Source: Blasia pusilla (taxonomy: Eukaryota). From it: a stretch of DNA of 64,000 bases. The notes under the pieces are model-generated. The model saw nothing but the letters and a program-made list of their open reading frames with translations, searched no databases and was not told the DNA's origin. Position numbers and translations under genes: made by a program. The stretch spans positions 2,666,001 to 2,730,000 of the forward strand of contig CM114271.1 of assembly GCA_050084515.1 (NCBI GenBank), read 5' to 3'. Below, piece by piece: positions 12,475 to 25,199 of this stretch (positions are counted from its first letter, which is position 1; the number at the start of each line of letters is the position of its first letter).

Positions 12475-13245
12475 TAAATAGAAAATAGGATGGGATACAA
12501 ACGAGGGGTCAAGAGAGTAAAAAAAACCTCAAGGGCCAAAACTGCCCGAGGAGAAAGAAGGGGACCTTCCTCCTTAATGATCAAAATCACCAACAACAGA
12601 AACAATATCAGTAATATCTAGAGAACTATGACTATTATTAAGAGGGTCTCTAGCATTGGTGTCTCCAACCGTCGGAGCCCGTCGCAAAAGGTTGTGGGAG
12701 ACGCCGGCGCTAGAGGCCCACTTAGTAGTAGTCATAGCTCTCTTGTTGTTGCTGATATTGTCTCTGCTGTTGGTGAGTTTCGTCGTTAGGGGGGGGAATG
12801 CCCCCTTCTTCCTTTGTCTGGTCTTGTTGTGGCCTTCAGGTTTTGACTCTTTGAGTCCCCCTCTTTTGTATTTCCGATGGGTTTTCCATCACTCGTTTTT
12901 ATCGAAGTGCATCTTTCTCGCAAAAGCCCATTTGCCCGTGCATATTGCAAAGCTATGGAGACCCGTTGCCTACAGTAAAGTATCGCAGTGGCTAAGGACA
13001 ACCCATTTCTCGATTGGAGACGATGAGCGCAATCCGTAAGGAACGAGTCAAACCTCTCCCCCATAGCCCCATACATCTCAATGGCTTGGGGGATAAATCG
13101 ATATCCATCATGAAGTCGACTATAAATGTGGGTCTCCTTGACCGCCGCCGCTCTTTGTAGCAATCTCCCTTGTGCCACCATTTGGGCTCGCACCGCCTCC
13201 CGCGTAGGATCCGTCACTACAACATCCGCTACCACAATCAACCAC
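12475..13245 (-). mobile_element. 5'-truncated CRE-like non-LTR retrotransposon (family A), restriction-like endonuclease C-terminus plus 3' UTR
   Basis: VVADVVVTDP...K.THIY...FIPQAIEMYGAMG...RQRVSIALQ. Highly similar to the plus-strand copy at 50220-50780. Confidence 0.8.
12691..12917 (+). mobile_element. Short 3'-end copy of the family A LINE inserted antisense into the family A copy, with 9-bp TSD
   Basis: Matches 50565-50765 in sense orientation; flanked by tcgcaaaag at 12682-12690 and 12918-12926. Confidence 0.85.
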
Positions 13246-13479
13246 GTCCGGGGAGTTTTCCCGGTCTGTACAACAATTTTTTGAATTCTGGAAAGCTAAA
13301 CAAATATAAATACAAAGGAACCCTTTCCTGAATCGTCGGTTTTTAGCCGATAAGTGAGAACCTGAATTGAAAATTCTCAAATTCTTCGTAACCTCGGTTC
13401 TCCGTGGACAATGCTTTCAACAGCAAGTTCCGCAAATATAGTTTACTAGTTAGGGCCCTTAAATGCACGGATCTTATAT

Positions 13480-16400
13480 AAATATTCACTCTTTTTATAT
13501 AATATCAGTTAATTGTAAAAAAACATATGTCAAAAGAGGAAAAAGTAATAACTTTTTAAAAGAGGAGTCAAAAATACATAATGGAATGCAAAAGAAAATA
13601 GTAACTAGCCCACGCAAAAACCAACTCAACAAGTTACGCAATTAAATCTGATAATCACACTAATGGTTAGTCATACATGAACGAACAATGAGGCGAGCAG
13701 CTGCCCACCACCTCTGCACAACGTATCAATGTCAAGGCTTGTGCATGTTGTAAGGCCACTAAGATGCATTGCCAAAAATAAGTAGTAACTATAGAGAAAG
13801 AAGGACTACAGGAAGGGGCAAGGTGATAATTCTCGAGAGAGTGGCGAGCATATGTTTTTAGGAAAGTATCTAAAGGCACATATAAATGACCGAATACTTC
13901 CACTGCAAAAGAAATAAATCCATCAGTATAATGTCTCACAACATAACTTAACTCCTTGATTCTTACTGTTGCTTTGGCCACCCCACCTTTCGTATGTGCG
14001 GTTCGACACACCAAATCAGAACGTGTTGGATTAGGAACCACTGCATCACCTAGTGTTCGGAATCCACCTTGAGACATAACAAGATCAACACTCCAACAAG
14101 AGGTAGCTTGCATGGTTAAAGGTAGGACATGGAGCGGTTCTTGCCCAATGTGTACCCTCCAGTACAAGCCACGGATGCTATCGCCTCTTTAATGACATCA
14201 TGTATGGTCGTTCTTTCTCCATCATGTGCACATCGAAGAATAAGGATACCCTTTGTATCAATGGGATCTCCGTATACAAAATTTGGCATACCTAACAAAG
14301 AAGGATGGAAAAATCCAGGCGTAACCGCAAAAGTATCGAGAATATACTTCGAGGAAGATGAAATGGAAGAATAAGAGGATTTGCAATAAGCCACGTCTCC
14401 CCTTTCGTACACGCACATGAACGCATATGAGGTCGATGAGGGTCATATCGAGGATGTCTTAGAGAGAATGCTGGAAAATTTGATTCGATGCAAATTTTCA
14501 GAGGTATGCTCTTGAAGTCGATCAAGCCCTTCCGTAATCAATTGATTGAAAGGGAGTATAATTGCTTGTGTAGCACGAGGAAGAAGAGCTCGGGCAGATC
14601 TCAGTTGTTGATGGAATAATATGTCCGCCTCCTCTGCATGGGCGACATGATCCATCAAGATAGGTGTATCTCCTTGGAGAAACCTTGAAGCCATAATCCG
14701 TGCTACTAACGCCCAACTCCCCAAAAAAGTTGTTGGAGCATATGTGATTGTGGAGAAAATCCCCAACCCTCCAATAGAAATATGCATTATAGTATGTCAT
14801 AAAGCCAAGACACCCTCCTCTCCCTCAAATGTATTTAGGCCAAGAAGTTGACCAAAAGTTGCCAAGATAGAAGCGTCAAAAGAGACCAACCGATGTAAGA
14901 ACCTTGAATTGGGAGGACAAGTGCAAAGAAGGCAGGAAGGACTTCGTAGAAAATATTGGGAGAGAATCCCATAAGCCACTTAGGAATCCATTAGATGAGG
15001 TAAGAAATGAAGTCATTCCACATCTTTCAAAAGGGCCTCATCCAATAACTTTGAGACATAATCGATGAAACCAATTGGGACCCCAAGAACCTTAACCCCT
15101 TCAATGCATATGGGAAAATCATGAGTAGGCGGGGTGATTGTTGAGGGAAGTCATGAAAGAGACCATATCCAATATTTACTAAGTTGGACTTTAAGGTTTA
15201 AGAAAGAGGGTTGCTCCACAAAATGGGTATACGTAGGAAACACTTCAGAAGGAGGACCTATACTATGAGTGTCATCAGCAATAGAAGAGAAAAGACAAGA
15301 TGGAAATGCTTGCGTTGATGCACAAAAATAGTAAATTGGTAAGAGTGGGCCATCCATAGGATCATCTTGATGCGTGCGATAAGCTGATTGGAGAATACTA
15401 TATTCCCCGAAAGTAGCATGATCGAGGAGAATAGATAATGGGCGTATCATAGGCATAGAAGGAGCAAAAAAATGGAATGAGACTCACAAGCTATCCTCAT
15501 GCACAACGTAATTCCTCAAAGATAGCGGAACGAGAAATTAAATTGAATGTGTTAGTGACTTCGACTTGAATTGCTACCCACTCTAGATGAATATCAAGAG
15601 TGGAGCAAATTCCATGCACCACAACCTCACAACCACCAGGAGTTGCCATTCCAAATTGATGAGAAAATAAGTGGGCACTAAAGTGAGGATGAAATTGCAA
15701 GCAGAGGGATCCACTAACCAAGTGGTATAAAACCTCTCCAAATAGCCAAAGGACGGACACTTGAAGGAGGCTTATCCATAGCCAACAAACGAGAAGCCCC
15801 TAAGAGCCTAGAGATAGAGAATGAGAGACGACATGCCGTAATATGTGCACACACCTTATATAGAGAGAGAAGGCCACTTGGTGAATCTACCAAGATAAAG
15901 CCATCGCGGAGATGCTCAAAAACCATCCGTGATAGCTTGCTTGCTAATAAGCGAGGAGTATGACGAAAAGCCCTTGTGAAATCCTCCAAATCAAGCTCCA
16001 AGTCAAAGATCCATCATCTAGTCTTCCACAAAAGGTATTACATCATCACTTGAAGGAGGGTGAAGAGCTTCTAAGAGAGCCACTATGTCCACACTTGGAA
16101 TTGCCAGAGAGAGATAACCCAATGCTCGAGCCGCACATAAAAACTCACCAACTTGCCCCAAAAGTAGATTTTGTCAAAAGCGTTGTTGTATTGAAGGCCT
16201 CCCATGATTGGCATGTTGAGTGGGATGAGTCGCAGTTAAGGCCTCTACTCGAAGTACATGCTCAATCTAAAGATTCTCCCAATCCCAAACATAAAGCGCT
16301 GAATACGTTTGCAGGTTTCATAATGACCCGTCGTACCACCCTTTGGAGGGAGGACTAAAACCCATTATGGGAAGAGTAATAGGAGATACCAAACATTGAT

Positions 16401-17115
16401 ATTTGTGGGATCACGTGCTAATCTTTCTAATGGGAATAGCAAAGCTTGTTGGGTGATGGGACGAAGAGTAATAGGAATGCGAGTGTAGAGTTTAGGACGA
16501 GGGAGACTTGGATGGAAAAAGCGAAGGAGATTCATTTGGCTTAACCAGGTCTAAGCAATTGTTGTGGGGAGAGTTGTAGGAGGTTGTATCGATCGGATTA
16601 GGGATAGAAGGCCCATGCATGGATTGAGATTACTGTTGATGTCTTTTGATCCCATTAGGAGCAAACTCCTTACCATAAGGTATACAATGAACCTTTGGCA
16701 CAAATGCAGAAGTAGAAAGGTTACAATGAGAGGAGGTAGGAGGTGTATGAGGTGGTGATGGGCAACGATGAGGGGGTAAATAGGTTGGGGAAGGAGGAGG
16801 AGGAAGAGGGGAGATAAGGGTAGAACAGATAGGAGTTGGAAGCAAGGGCATATATGAGATATGTGAGGATGGCAAAGGAGTAGGATTCGATAATAATGGA
16901 TCAAGATTATACTCAATAGGATGAGACGAATAGGGGAGAAGAGGAGAATTTGGAAGAAATATAGCAAGCATAATGGGTATATTCGTATATGGAGGAAAAT
17001 GGCAAGATCTATGATGATGAGGGGAACTAGGAGGAGAGGTTACAGATGTAGGAGGGCATGTAAAACCAGAGAAGCGAGTAGATGGAATATTCAAAACCAT
17101 TTTGATGCCATATAA
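13480..17115 (-). mobile_element. Near-full-length degenerate CRE-like non-LTR retrotransposon (family B): N-terminal C2H2-like finger, RT, CCHC knuckle, RLE
   Basis: Fragments KVHCIPYGKEFAPNGIKRH; LLAMDKP..VRPLA; QFGMATPGGCE; RTHQDDPMDG (GxxQGDP equivalent); SIADDTH (YADD equivalent); ISIGGLGI; ILRCAHDGERTTIHD; LGDAVVPNP; FISFAVEVFG. Many stops and frameshifts. Confidence 0.8.
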
Positions 17116-19550
17116 GCAAAGGTAGGCAAGTCATCAAAGACAAGGGACGACAAATGAAATATCATTTTGAGAAAGCATAAGGGTAACGACCAAAACAAAA
17201 GTAGTGGAATCCATCAAAAGATTTTAAATGGAGAGAATAAGATTAGGCAATAATAAATTTATGATTGAAAATTACTTTAAGAAATATAAAAAGCTAGTAA
17301 AAAGGAAAAATGACTTATATAGTATCGAAAGAAGTGGCTCAAGATTGTGAATCTCTAATGTCCTTAAGGAGATACCAAATGTATGTAGGGATGAAATAGT
17401 AAGATAAACAGTTGAAAGAGCAAGAAAAACGTTTGAGAGGAATTGACTTTAAAAAAGCCCATATACAAAAATAGGCGCATACGGAGAATGAAGAAAAACT
17501 AGAAAACCTACTTGGTATGAAAAGAACGAGTTCGTCAAGACAATCGAAGTCTTTATCAATTTATTTTCTTATGATCCTCATTTAAGATGACAAATAAACA
17601 TAAAAATCCAAAAAGCAAGCATAATTCCTTACGTAATAGTAAAAATCATCATGAGGGAAAAAAATATTTATTTCGTACATGAATTTTTTAAGTTTATGGT
17701 TTATTATTTCAATTATTCAATTAATATAATATGTGTCAACGTAGGATGAAGGGTTCCTTAAACCCCACTCTCTTTTAATTATGTAGATTGTATTCATAAA
17801 ATTATTTTCTAGTGCAAATATGATCATCTTAATGGGCATGTATATGTTTATTTTTAAAATTAAAATTTATTAAAAAAAACTTAAATCTTAAAAGAGTAAT
17901 CACATTTCCTTAAATTATATTTCTCAATTAAGACTTAAATAATATCCATTTTTAAAAATTTCACTTCTTCTTAAAATTTTAAAGAATATCTACTTTTTCC
18001 CTTCCCCTCTTCCCTCCAAAAGAACATCCACTCACTAAATTATTAGTTAATTTTATTTAATTAAATCATTTCCTTGTTCCATTCAAATTTATTTTCTTTT
18101 CCCAAAATATAAAACTTGAATTAACATGATTATCTTTAAAAATAGTCATATTTTCATTTCAAAATTTAAATATAATTTCTATCTCCTTCAATCTTAGAGA
18201 AGTACTAACATTCCACCGTTCCACTCTTCTAAGTAGTTTCATTCCTCAATTAAAATTAAAATGATATGTCACTCCCCTAAAAAATTCCACCCTTCCATAA
18301 AATTTAAACAATATCTACTACTTATGCAAAAAAATTTATTTTTCCTTCTCATTAAATATGAATTAAGGGAAAGAATTGTAAAATTTTGTTATTTTTTAAT
18401 TATCTCACTATTATACCCCAGCCTATCCATTATAATATAGATAAATTTATTTATTTATTGATTAAAATTATTTTCCTCTTCCACTCAAATTTCTTTTCTC
18501 TATCCATCAAGCATGAAATAAGGAACAAACTTTTTTTTTAATTGTTGTTTTGTCTTATTATCCATACATAGTTCATATTATAATATATATTTCAATTATT
18601 TCGCACACCTATCTTCAGTAATTACACTTGTAACTAGTTAAAGTATGGGTGTTTATGCATGAAAATACTTTTAAAATTTAGAAATATTTTTAATTTCAAA
18701 TTTTAAATGTAAATCCTATTTTTTTTAATTGTGAAGAAGTGATCATGCATAATCCCTCTAAATAGTTCCATTTCTAAATATAAATAAGATTTCATGCTCT
18801 AAGTTATTCCATTAGTGCATAAAATTTTAAATAATACTTATTTATCCTCTCACTAATTAAATCATTAGTTAATCCTAATTAAAAAAATCATTTCCCTCTT
18901 CCATTCAAGTTCATTTTCCTCTTCCATTCAAGTTCATTTTCCCAAAATATAAAATAAATCAAAAGACAAAATTATAGGCTTGTTGCTAGTTTGTCTTATT
19001 ATGCATATAGGGTTTTCAATCACTCACACGAACACACACTCACTCACTCGCTCATTTTCAAGCCAAATCCCCTCTCATGATGAAAGTGTTATGTACATAC
19101 TCCCTTAAATGTCAATCTTTTGTATCACATAATCTTGCGATGGCGCCCTTATTACTTGTACGCACGCAAGCATATACCAAAAACATACTCACACTAGCCA
19201 CGTTTTGATTCAACCATCTTTTTTTCTCCTAAGTCTGGATCTCGGATTACCCCTCGAGCTAAACATACCTATATATGATCATATATTGACTTAATCCCTC
19301 ACTCCCCAACATATGCAAGTCATTCAAGATTTTGAACAAACTTCCTTGATATATAGGGAACTCATTGTCACCTCAAACAAGGCTCGTGTTTATGGAGATC
19401 CCAATTTCCAATATATTAACCTATGACGAGCCTCTTACTATAACTTAATATCCGAGCTAAAGTCCAAGATTAGTGTAAAAAACTATACTAGTTAGACTTG
19501 GATTCAATGGCTTGGTGTCAAAATCCCAATGCTAACCTCTCAATCCATTC

Positions 19551-20031
19551 TGTCACATCTGAGTAGCCGATAGGCCGAGATCTATCGTGGATAGGGCGTA
19601 GGAGCCAGCGGACTATCTTGAGTGTAACTTTGTCCCATGGTGTCGGATGAGGTTGAGGATAGGTCCATTGTGTCAGGAACGTCATTTCTAACAACTTTCA
19701 TGGTGAAGTCTTTCACAGCCGAGTGACTTATTGACTAGGTCACCCGCCCCTGGTAACCTGTGCGCGCAGGTTACTAAGGAGAGGGCTATTTTTAGGGGAA
19801 GAGCCTTTTGGCTCTTCCCAACCCTACATAAGAGAGGAAGATGGCTTTCCTAAGCCATCTTTCTCATGTTGGGCCGTTGGAGCACCTCCCTTGTATGTGT
19901 GTGAGATAGGACTAGGGTGCTAGCGTCTGGATTCCTTGATAGCACAGGGTGGACGAGGCTCGATATGTCGATGTAGATTGAGGAGTGGAGTTTTAGGCCG
20001 GGTGTGCCATTTTTTTTGCTCTTTATTTTTA
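19551..20031 (+). repeat. Terminal repeat A1 (LTR-like, TG start, TATA-like box near 19825)
   Basis: Aligns with 28395-28871 with roughly 20 substitutions (manual count, mostly transitions) and two small indels. Confidence 0.93.
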
Positions 20032-21122
20032 CATGAGAAATATGTCAGGGGGCTAGTGGAAATTCGTTGTTTGCAGGTAGGCAAGCGAGTTGCCTTGGTC
20101 GGGAGCCCGTGGAGACGTTGGTTGGCGTCGTATTTGTCATTTTTTCTGTTCGAAAGGCCGTGGGTGGAAGCGCTGTCCATTTTTCTCAGATTTTGCTGGT
20201 ACGGATTGACGCGGGACAACAACCAAGTGTAACGTGCGGTGGAGCGTCGAGTGTACGTGAGTGAGGGTGTTGAGAGAGAGAAGAAAAGCAGCTTGAGGGC
20301 TTGCAGCCGCCGAGGGGCTATCAAGTAAAGGAGGCTAGGGTTAGGGCGCAGACGGGCGCGGACGGTGCGCCCCCCATATGATGTTTCTGGGGCGAGACAG
20401 GGCATTGCGAGAGTTGATGATGGAGGGGCAGTGCGCATGATGCCGACGGGTTGTCCGCATCTGTTGACGGGAGGATCGACATGTTGGTCGAGGAGAGTGT
20501 TGTGTTGCGGAGATTGTCATATCACGTGGAGGAATGCATGTTGACGGTGCAGCAGGTTGGAGGGCGTGATGAGGTTACCCATTCGAGTCCCTTTTCCCGC
20601 ACTTGTTGTGTGTGATTGAGAGTGTTGGGTATCAGGTAGTAGCCGGTGCTAGGTGGGTGCAGTGATGGTGACGAGTGTAGATTCTGTTCATGTGTAGCAT
20701 GTTGGTGGATATACGGCGGTTGCCGAGTAGGGGTCGCGTGTATGACCCGAGAGAGTGTCGCTAGGTTAGGTGAGGCAGTTGGGAGGCTCATGGTGAGCCC
20801 GAGTGTTGAGTGTACGTGAGGCCGGGTATGTCATCACGGGATTGATGTTAGGATAGGTGAGCTAGTGAGGAGTGTGGGAGACTCACGGTGAGTCTGAGTG
20901 CTTGAGCGGGTGAGACAAGGTTTGTCATCACGGCATTCTTCCAGGGTTCGGAAGAACGGGGTAGTGCAAGCAGTAGTAGTGGTGTGACACGGAGTGGAGT
21001 GAGATACCGAGGAGTTACCAGTGAGGAGCTACCTCGACATCCATCCGTGGCTAGATCGTCATCATTGGACACTAGCTCTGGTGACGAGATCGCATGACAG
21101 AGATAGTAGTACTTAGCAGGAG

Positions 21123-22590
21123 ATGGACGACATGGGCCATCGGGGCATGCGTCGTTTCTCGGGTGCAGTGGGCACCATCGACTTAGATGATTTTATCCAG
21201 GAGTTCGACACATGGTGCGACTTCCAGGAGATACGAACCCCGACACGTTTCAACCCTTTTATGGCATGGAAGGAGTTGTTCTAGCACTTGGAGGGTCCTC
21301 CAATGGATGACTACATGGAGTTTTGATCACTATATTCAGTAGAGATTGATGCTTGGAGGATGTATTGGGCTCCAGGGTATGTGTCCACTAGTGGTCGCGA
21401 GGCATATGATGGGATTGTGAGAGGAGAGAGACCCACACCATTAGCCCGGAGACTAGATGGAGAGGAGGGCAGTGAGACAGGCGATGTGGTAGAGACCTCT
21501 AGTGGTAGAGGGCCATCCAGCTTCAGCCCCACAGTGGAGTTCTTCCGACAGTTGGGGAAGAGCTACCAGGGCGTACGCACCGACAAGCTGAAGAGTCTAC
21601 AGGATTTTCAGCGACGATCGGGTGAGATTATGAGAGAGGCATTCACACGCATGAGGAGGCTGATCATTGCTATGTATGGAGTGACTGAGGCGCAGTCAGT
21701 CCAGTATTGGTACGGGGTTCTGGACCGAGAACTACGGAGGAGAGTCCGAGATGCGGTGCTGATTCACACAGTGAAGCCCACATTGAAGGTGGTCTTTGAG
21801 TTGTTTGAGCGTATTGAGCTCAACATGAGTGAGGAGCAGGTAGTGACCGTTGGATTTTCTCGAGAGTCGACAGGTCCACGAGCGACGGTGACCCCACAAG
21901 TGCCACAACAAGCACCAGTACCACGGGAGCGGGCGAGTGTGCCTAGAGAGCAGGGCGGGTACCGTGAGCCTATGAGGCAACGTCCCGTACCTACATATGT
22001 TGCCCAGCAGGGACCGATGTGGTCTTGTTGGATGTGTGGAGGGGCCCATAGGTAGAGAGACTGCCCACAACATGGGAGAGGACCACCAGCACCTCCGATT
22101 GCTAAGGAGTCATAGAGGATGGCCCCACCACAGCACCAGTCTGACTACAGATATGGTCACACTAGGGATAGATGTTTTGATCTTCGCCGAGGGGCACGTC
22201 CAGAGGTAGGCCGAGGGCCTGGGGGCGGTCGTCCTGGAGGAGGTCGGGGAGTCCTTCCTGGGCGTGGTCGAGAAGACCATCACCGGCCAGAGGAGATGGA
22301 GCAGAGCACCAGAGCCGGCACTTCTCTCACGCATTGATCAGTTGGAGCAGAGGATTGCTGCCATGACGATGATGCAGCTTAGGGAAGGCACGGAGCTGCG
22401 AGCAACTAGTGTGACTCCAGCTTCTACCTCTTACCCTGACCCGGGTGAGGATCTCGCCAGTATCGGATTTATGTGTAGTGCAGCCCAGGTTGAGGCAGCT
22501 GGAGTGGTGACTCGGGGTGCTGCGAGAGGCACCGGGCCATCGAGAGGTGGAGTTGAGATTGACCCACCAGAGGGGACTGATGGGCGGTAG
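21123..22590 (+). pseudogene. gag of the DNMT-gypsy element with CCHC zinc knuckle
   Basis: RRFSGAVGTIDLDDFIQEFDTWC; LQDFQRRSGE.MREAFTRM; knuckle CWMCGGAHR*RDC at about 22026-22064. In-frame stops present. Confidence 0.75.
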
Positions 22591-23039
22591 GCTAGGGTTC
22601 CACATTCATTCACATTGTCAGAGGCACTACACACACCATCGATGGTGCCTCGACAACCAGCGGTGCCTACAGTTCAGGCACCTACGTCGACGTCATGAGG
22701 AGTTGGAGTGACAACTCCTATGCCGGCTTGAGTGGAGTCAGTGTGGACCATAGTGTTGGAGATGGCCACTAGAGTGAGTCAGACTCCGCTATTTTCCGCC
22801 ATAGAGTTGGCGACGTTGGGGGTTTGACCAGCTGAGGTGTTCCGATTGGCCGCCACGGTGTGTGAGCATGGAGAGATGACCGCTTCTTGTTCAGAGGTAG
22901 TTGAGGAGGTGGTGGACTTGCCCTCGAGCGGTGCTCGGGACGTTCCCCACAGAGTCATGGCATGCGGCGGCGGCGAAGTTGGTAGATATGCCAGCTCGAC
23001 CGACCATAGAGCAAGTAGTGGTGACACCTGGAGTAGTGT

Positions 23040-23460
23040 TATTGGATAACCGAGCTGGAGTATTTTGCTTGGTTACTCCGACGGGGACAGTATACCACCT
23101 GCAACGCGTCCTACTTGATTTGGGAGCGCAACCCTTGATGTTAGGGAAGGCGGCGTGTTTAGCGTTGGGGTTACGGAAGGCCGACATTGAGCCTTGTCCC
23201 TTCCAGATACAGATCTCGATTGGGGGCGTGTCACCCACGCAGTATATGACTCGACATGAGATAGTTGTCAGAGTCCAGCCAGAGCATGACACGGATAATG
23301 CTATGGTGCGCACACGTTCGATTACGACACCAGTTGAGTCGTACAATGTGTTGGTGGGGAGTAAAGTGTTATATCCCCTAGGATTCATCCTTGACTTATG
23401 GGAGGAGACCGTTGCTTATCGGACAGGGTGGCGGTCAGGTGACGGCCGGATGAGTCAGTT
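23040..23460 (+). pseudogene. Retropepsin-like aspartic protease domain
   Basis: VLLDLGAQP (degenerate DSG; the second copy reads LDSRAQP) and downstream YNVLVG motif. Confidence 0.7.
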
Positions 23461-23829
23461 ACCCGTGCAGTTTGCGGGACGAGGTGGTCGATCACGAGGC
23501 AAGTCTGTGACCACGTTGGCGGCTTTCACATGTAGTGTTAGCTGGCGAGGAGAGTTGTTGGAGGGGAACGAACATGCGGAGGATGTCCCAGAAGCGGATA
23601 GTCCCACGGAGAGACAGGCCATGGCGGGTGTCTCTTCCCATGTTGGCGAGACCTCTTCACCATTGTGGGGTAAGACTCGAGAGCTACAGAGGAGTGCCGA
23701 CAACCTCGTGAGGCAGGCGTGGAGTCATGCTTTTATCCCAGAGCAGCGAGAGTCACGTGGCGATCGGGCCCTTGGAGTGGAGACGTTGACCCCAGTGGAT
23801 ACCACACCCGTTGTGTGGCAGTGCCCAGA

Positions 23830-24800
23830 GGAGGGTGTTAGGGTGTTAGATCTCTTCAGAGGGATTAGCACCGGATTGGCTGCAATATTGCAGGCGGGCA
23901 TACGGGTGCATCGGTACCTTTATGTGGAGAGAGATGAGATCGCGCGGCGAGTATCATTACGTCACGTGGCGAGATTGGTCCAGAGGTATCCTGAGTTGTT
24001 TCCAGTATCTGCAGTATGGAGATATCAGCATACGCTACCCGCCGACATCTCTTTGGTGGGGGCGCAGGATCTGGATAGAGTTGGCACCATTCATTTAGTG
24101 ATTGCTGGATGGCCATATCAGGGTCATTCATCAGTTGGCCGAGGATTTGGATTGCAGCATCCGAGGTCATGGATGTTTTGGGAGATGGTATGAGTAGTAC
24201 GACACCTGCAGGAGAGTCAGATATGTTATCCAGTGTACATTTTGGAGAACGTGCTGTTGTTGGAAGACACTCGTGCACGTGTGATGACGAGTGTACATCA
24301 GGTGAGGTCCTGGTTGGGACCTGCTGTGTTTTTAGATGCAGCGAGAGTTGGGTCACGTGCCCATCATCCACAACTGTGGTGGACGAACCTGATACCATCA
24401 GATGTACTGAGTCGAGCATACGGTGGAGTCTAGAGAGCACCACATCTCGCAGTGGATGCTATTTTGGGCTCAGGGGGTCAATCTCAGGTGGTGATATAGG
24501 ATGATAGACCACCGTTGGCCATGGCCAATAGGGTGGGGGAGTTGAGGGTAGCCTTACCTATGTCTGTGAGCTTCCCAGCATCCCATGCCTTTCATCAGGG
24601 AGGGCCAGGCATGATTTGGGATGAGGTGACCGGAGCATTGGAGGAGCCTACAGCAGATGAGCGCAAACGCGCCATGGGGTTCGCTACCGGTACTACAGCC
24701 GTGCTAGGGATGACTGAGGCATCCCGGAGACAAGTGTTGGGGCAGGCGATGGACCTCAACTGTCTTACATGGATAGTCAGCCTAGGTATGGCTGAGCAGA
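23830..24800 (+). pseudogene. C5 cytosine DNA methyltransferase domain (DNMT3-like) embedded in retrotransposon pol
   Basis: Motif I VLDLFRGIST; II YVERD; III ADI; IV LVIAGWPYQGHS (catalytic Cys codon changed to TAT at 24116-24118); VI YILENV; VIII VGSRAHHPQLWWTNL; IX ERKRAMGFATGTT; X RRQVLGQAMD. Confidence 0.9.
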
Positions 24801-25199
24801 GACGGATGCGAGTGTCATCCATGCCGTCACGTCCACGAGTTGGACCATTGCCTCTGTGGTCTCTGAGGCAGGCATTGGTGGGGCGAGACGAGGAGAGATA
24901 GGCACCTATGGACTTCCTGGGACGTCGTTCGAGCAGAGAGTGCGAAGGCTGCTAGAGTAGCACATGTTCATTTTTCCGATGTGGAGCATGGTGTAGGAGG
25001 TCAGCGTGGAGTGGCTGTTGCGGAGGTGGCTAGGGTTGCTACATAGCAACCAAAGCCGGAGGTTGCGTCCTCTCCGAGTGAGGTCACGATGGAGACTTGG
25101 GAGCCTATGCTAGGTCTCAAGTTGATAGGAGGAGAGCGACGACGAGTTCATAGGTTTTGAGAGGGCATGTCAGTTGTTTTGCCTTCAGTATGAGAGACT

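Noticed and set aside
19920-20438. 172-aa antisense ORF in the retroelement leader
   Set aside because: Overlaps repeat A, has no motif, and no counterpart can be checked in the second copy.
23830-24800. Bacterial restriction-modification methyltransferase or contamination
   Set aside because: It is in frame with a retroviral-type protease, flanked by RT and terminal repeats, repeated in a second element, and has DNMT3-like signatures.
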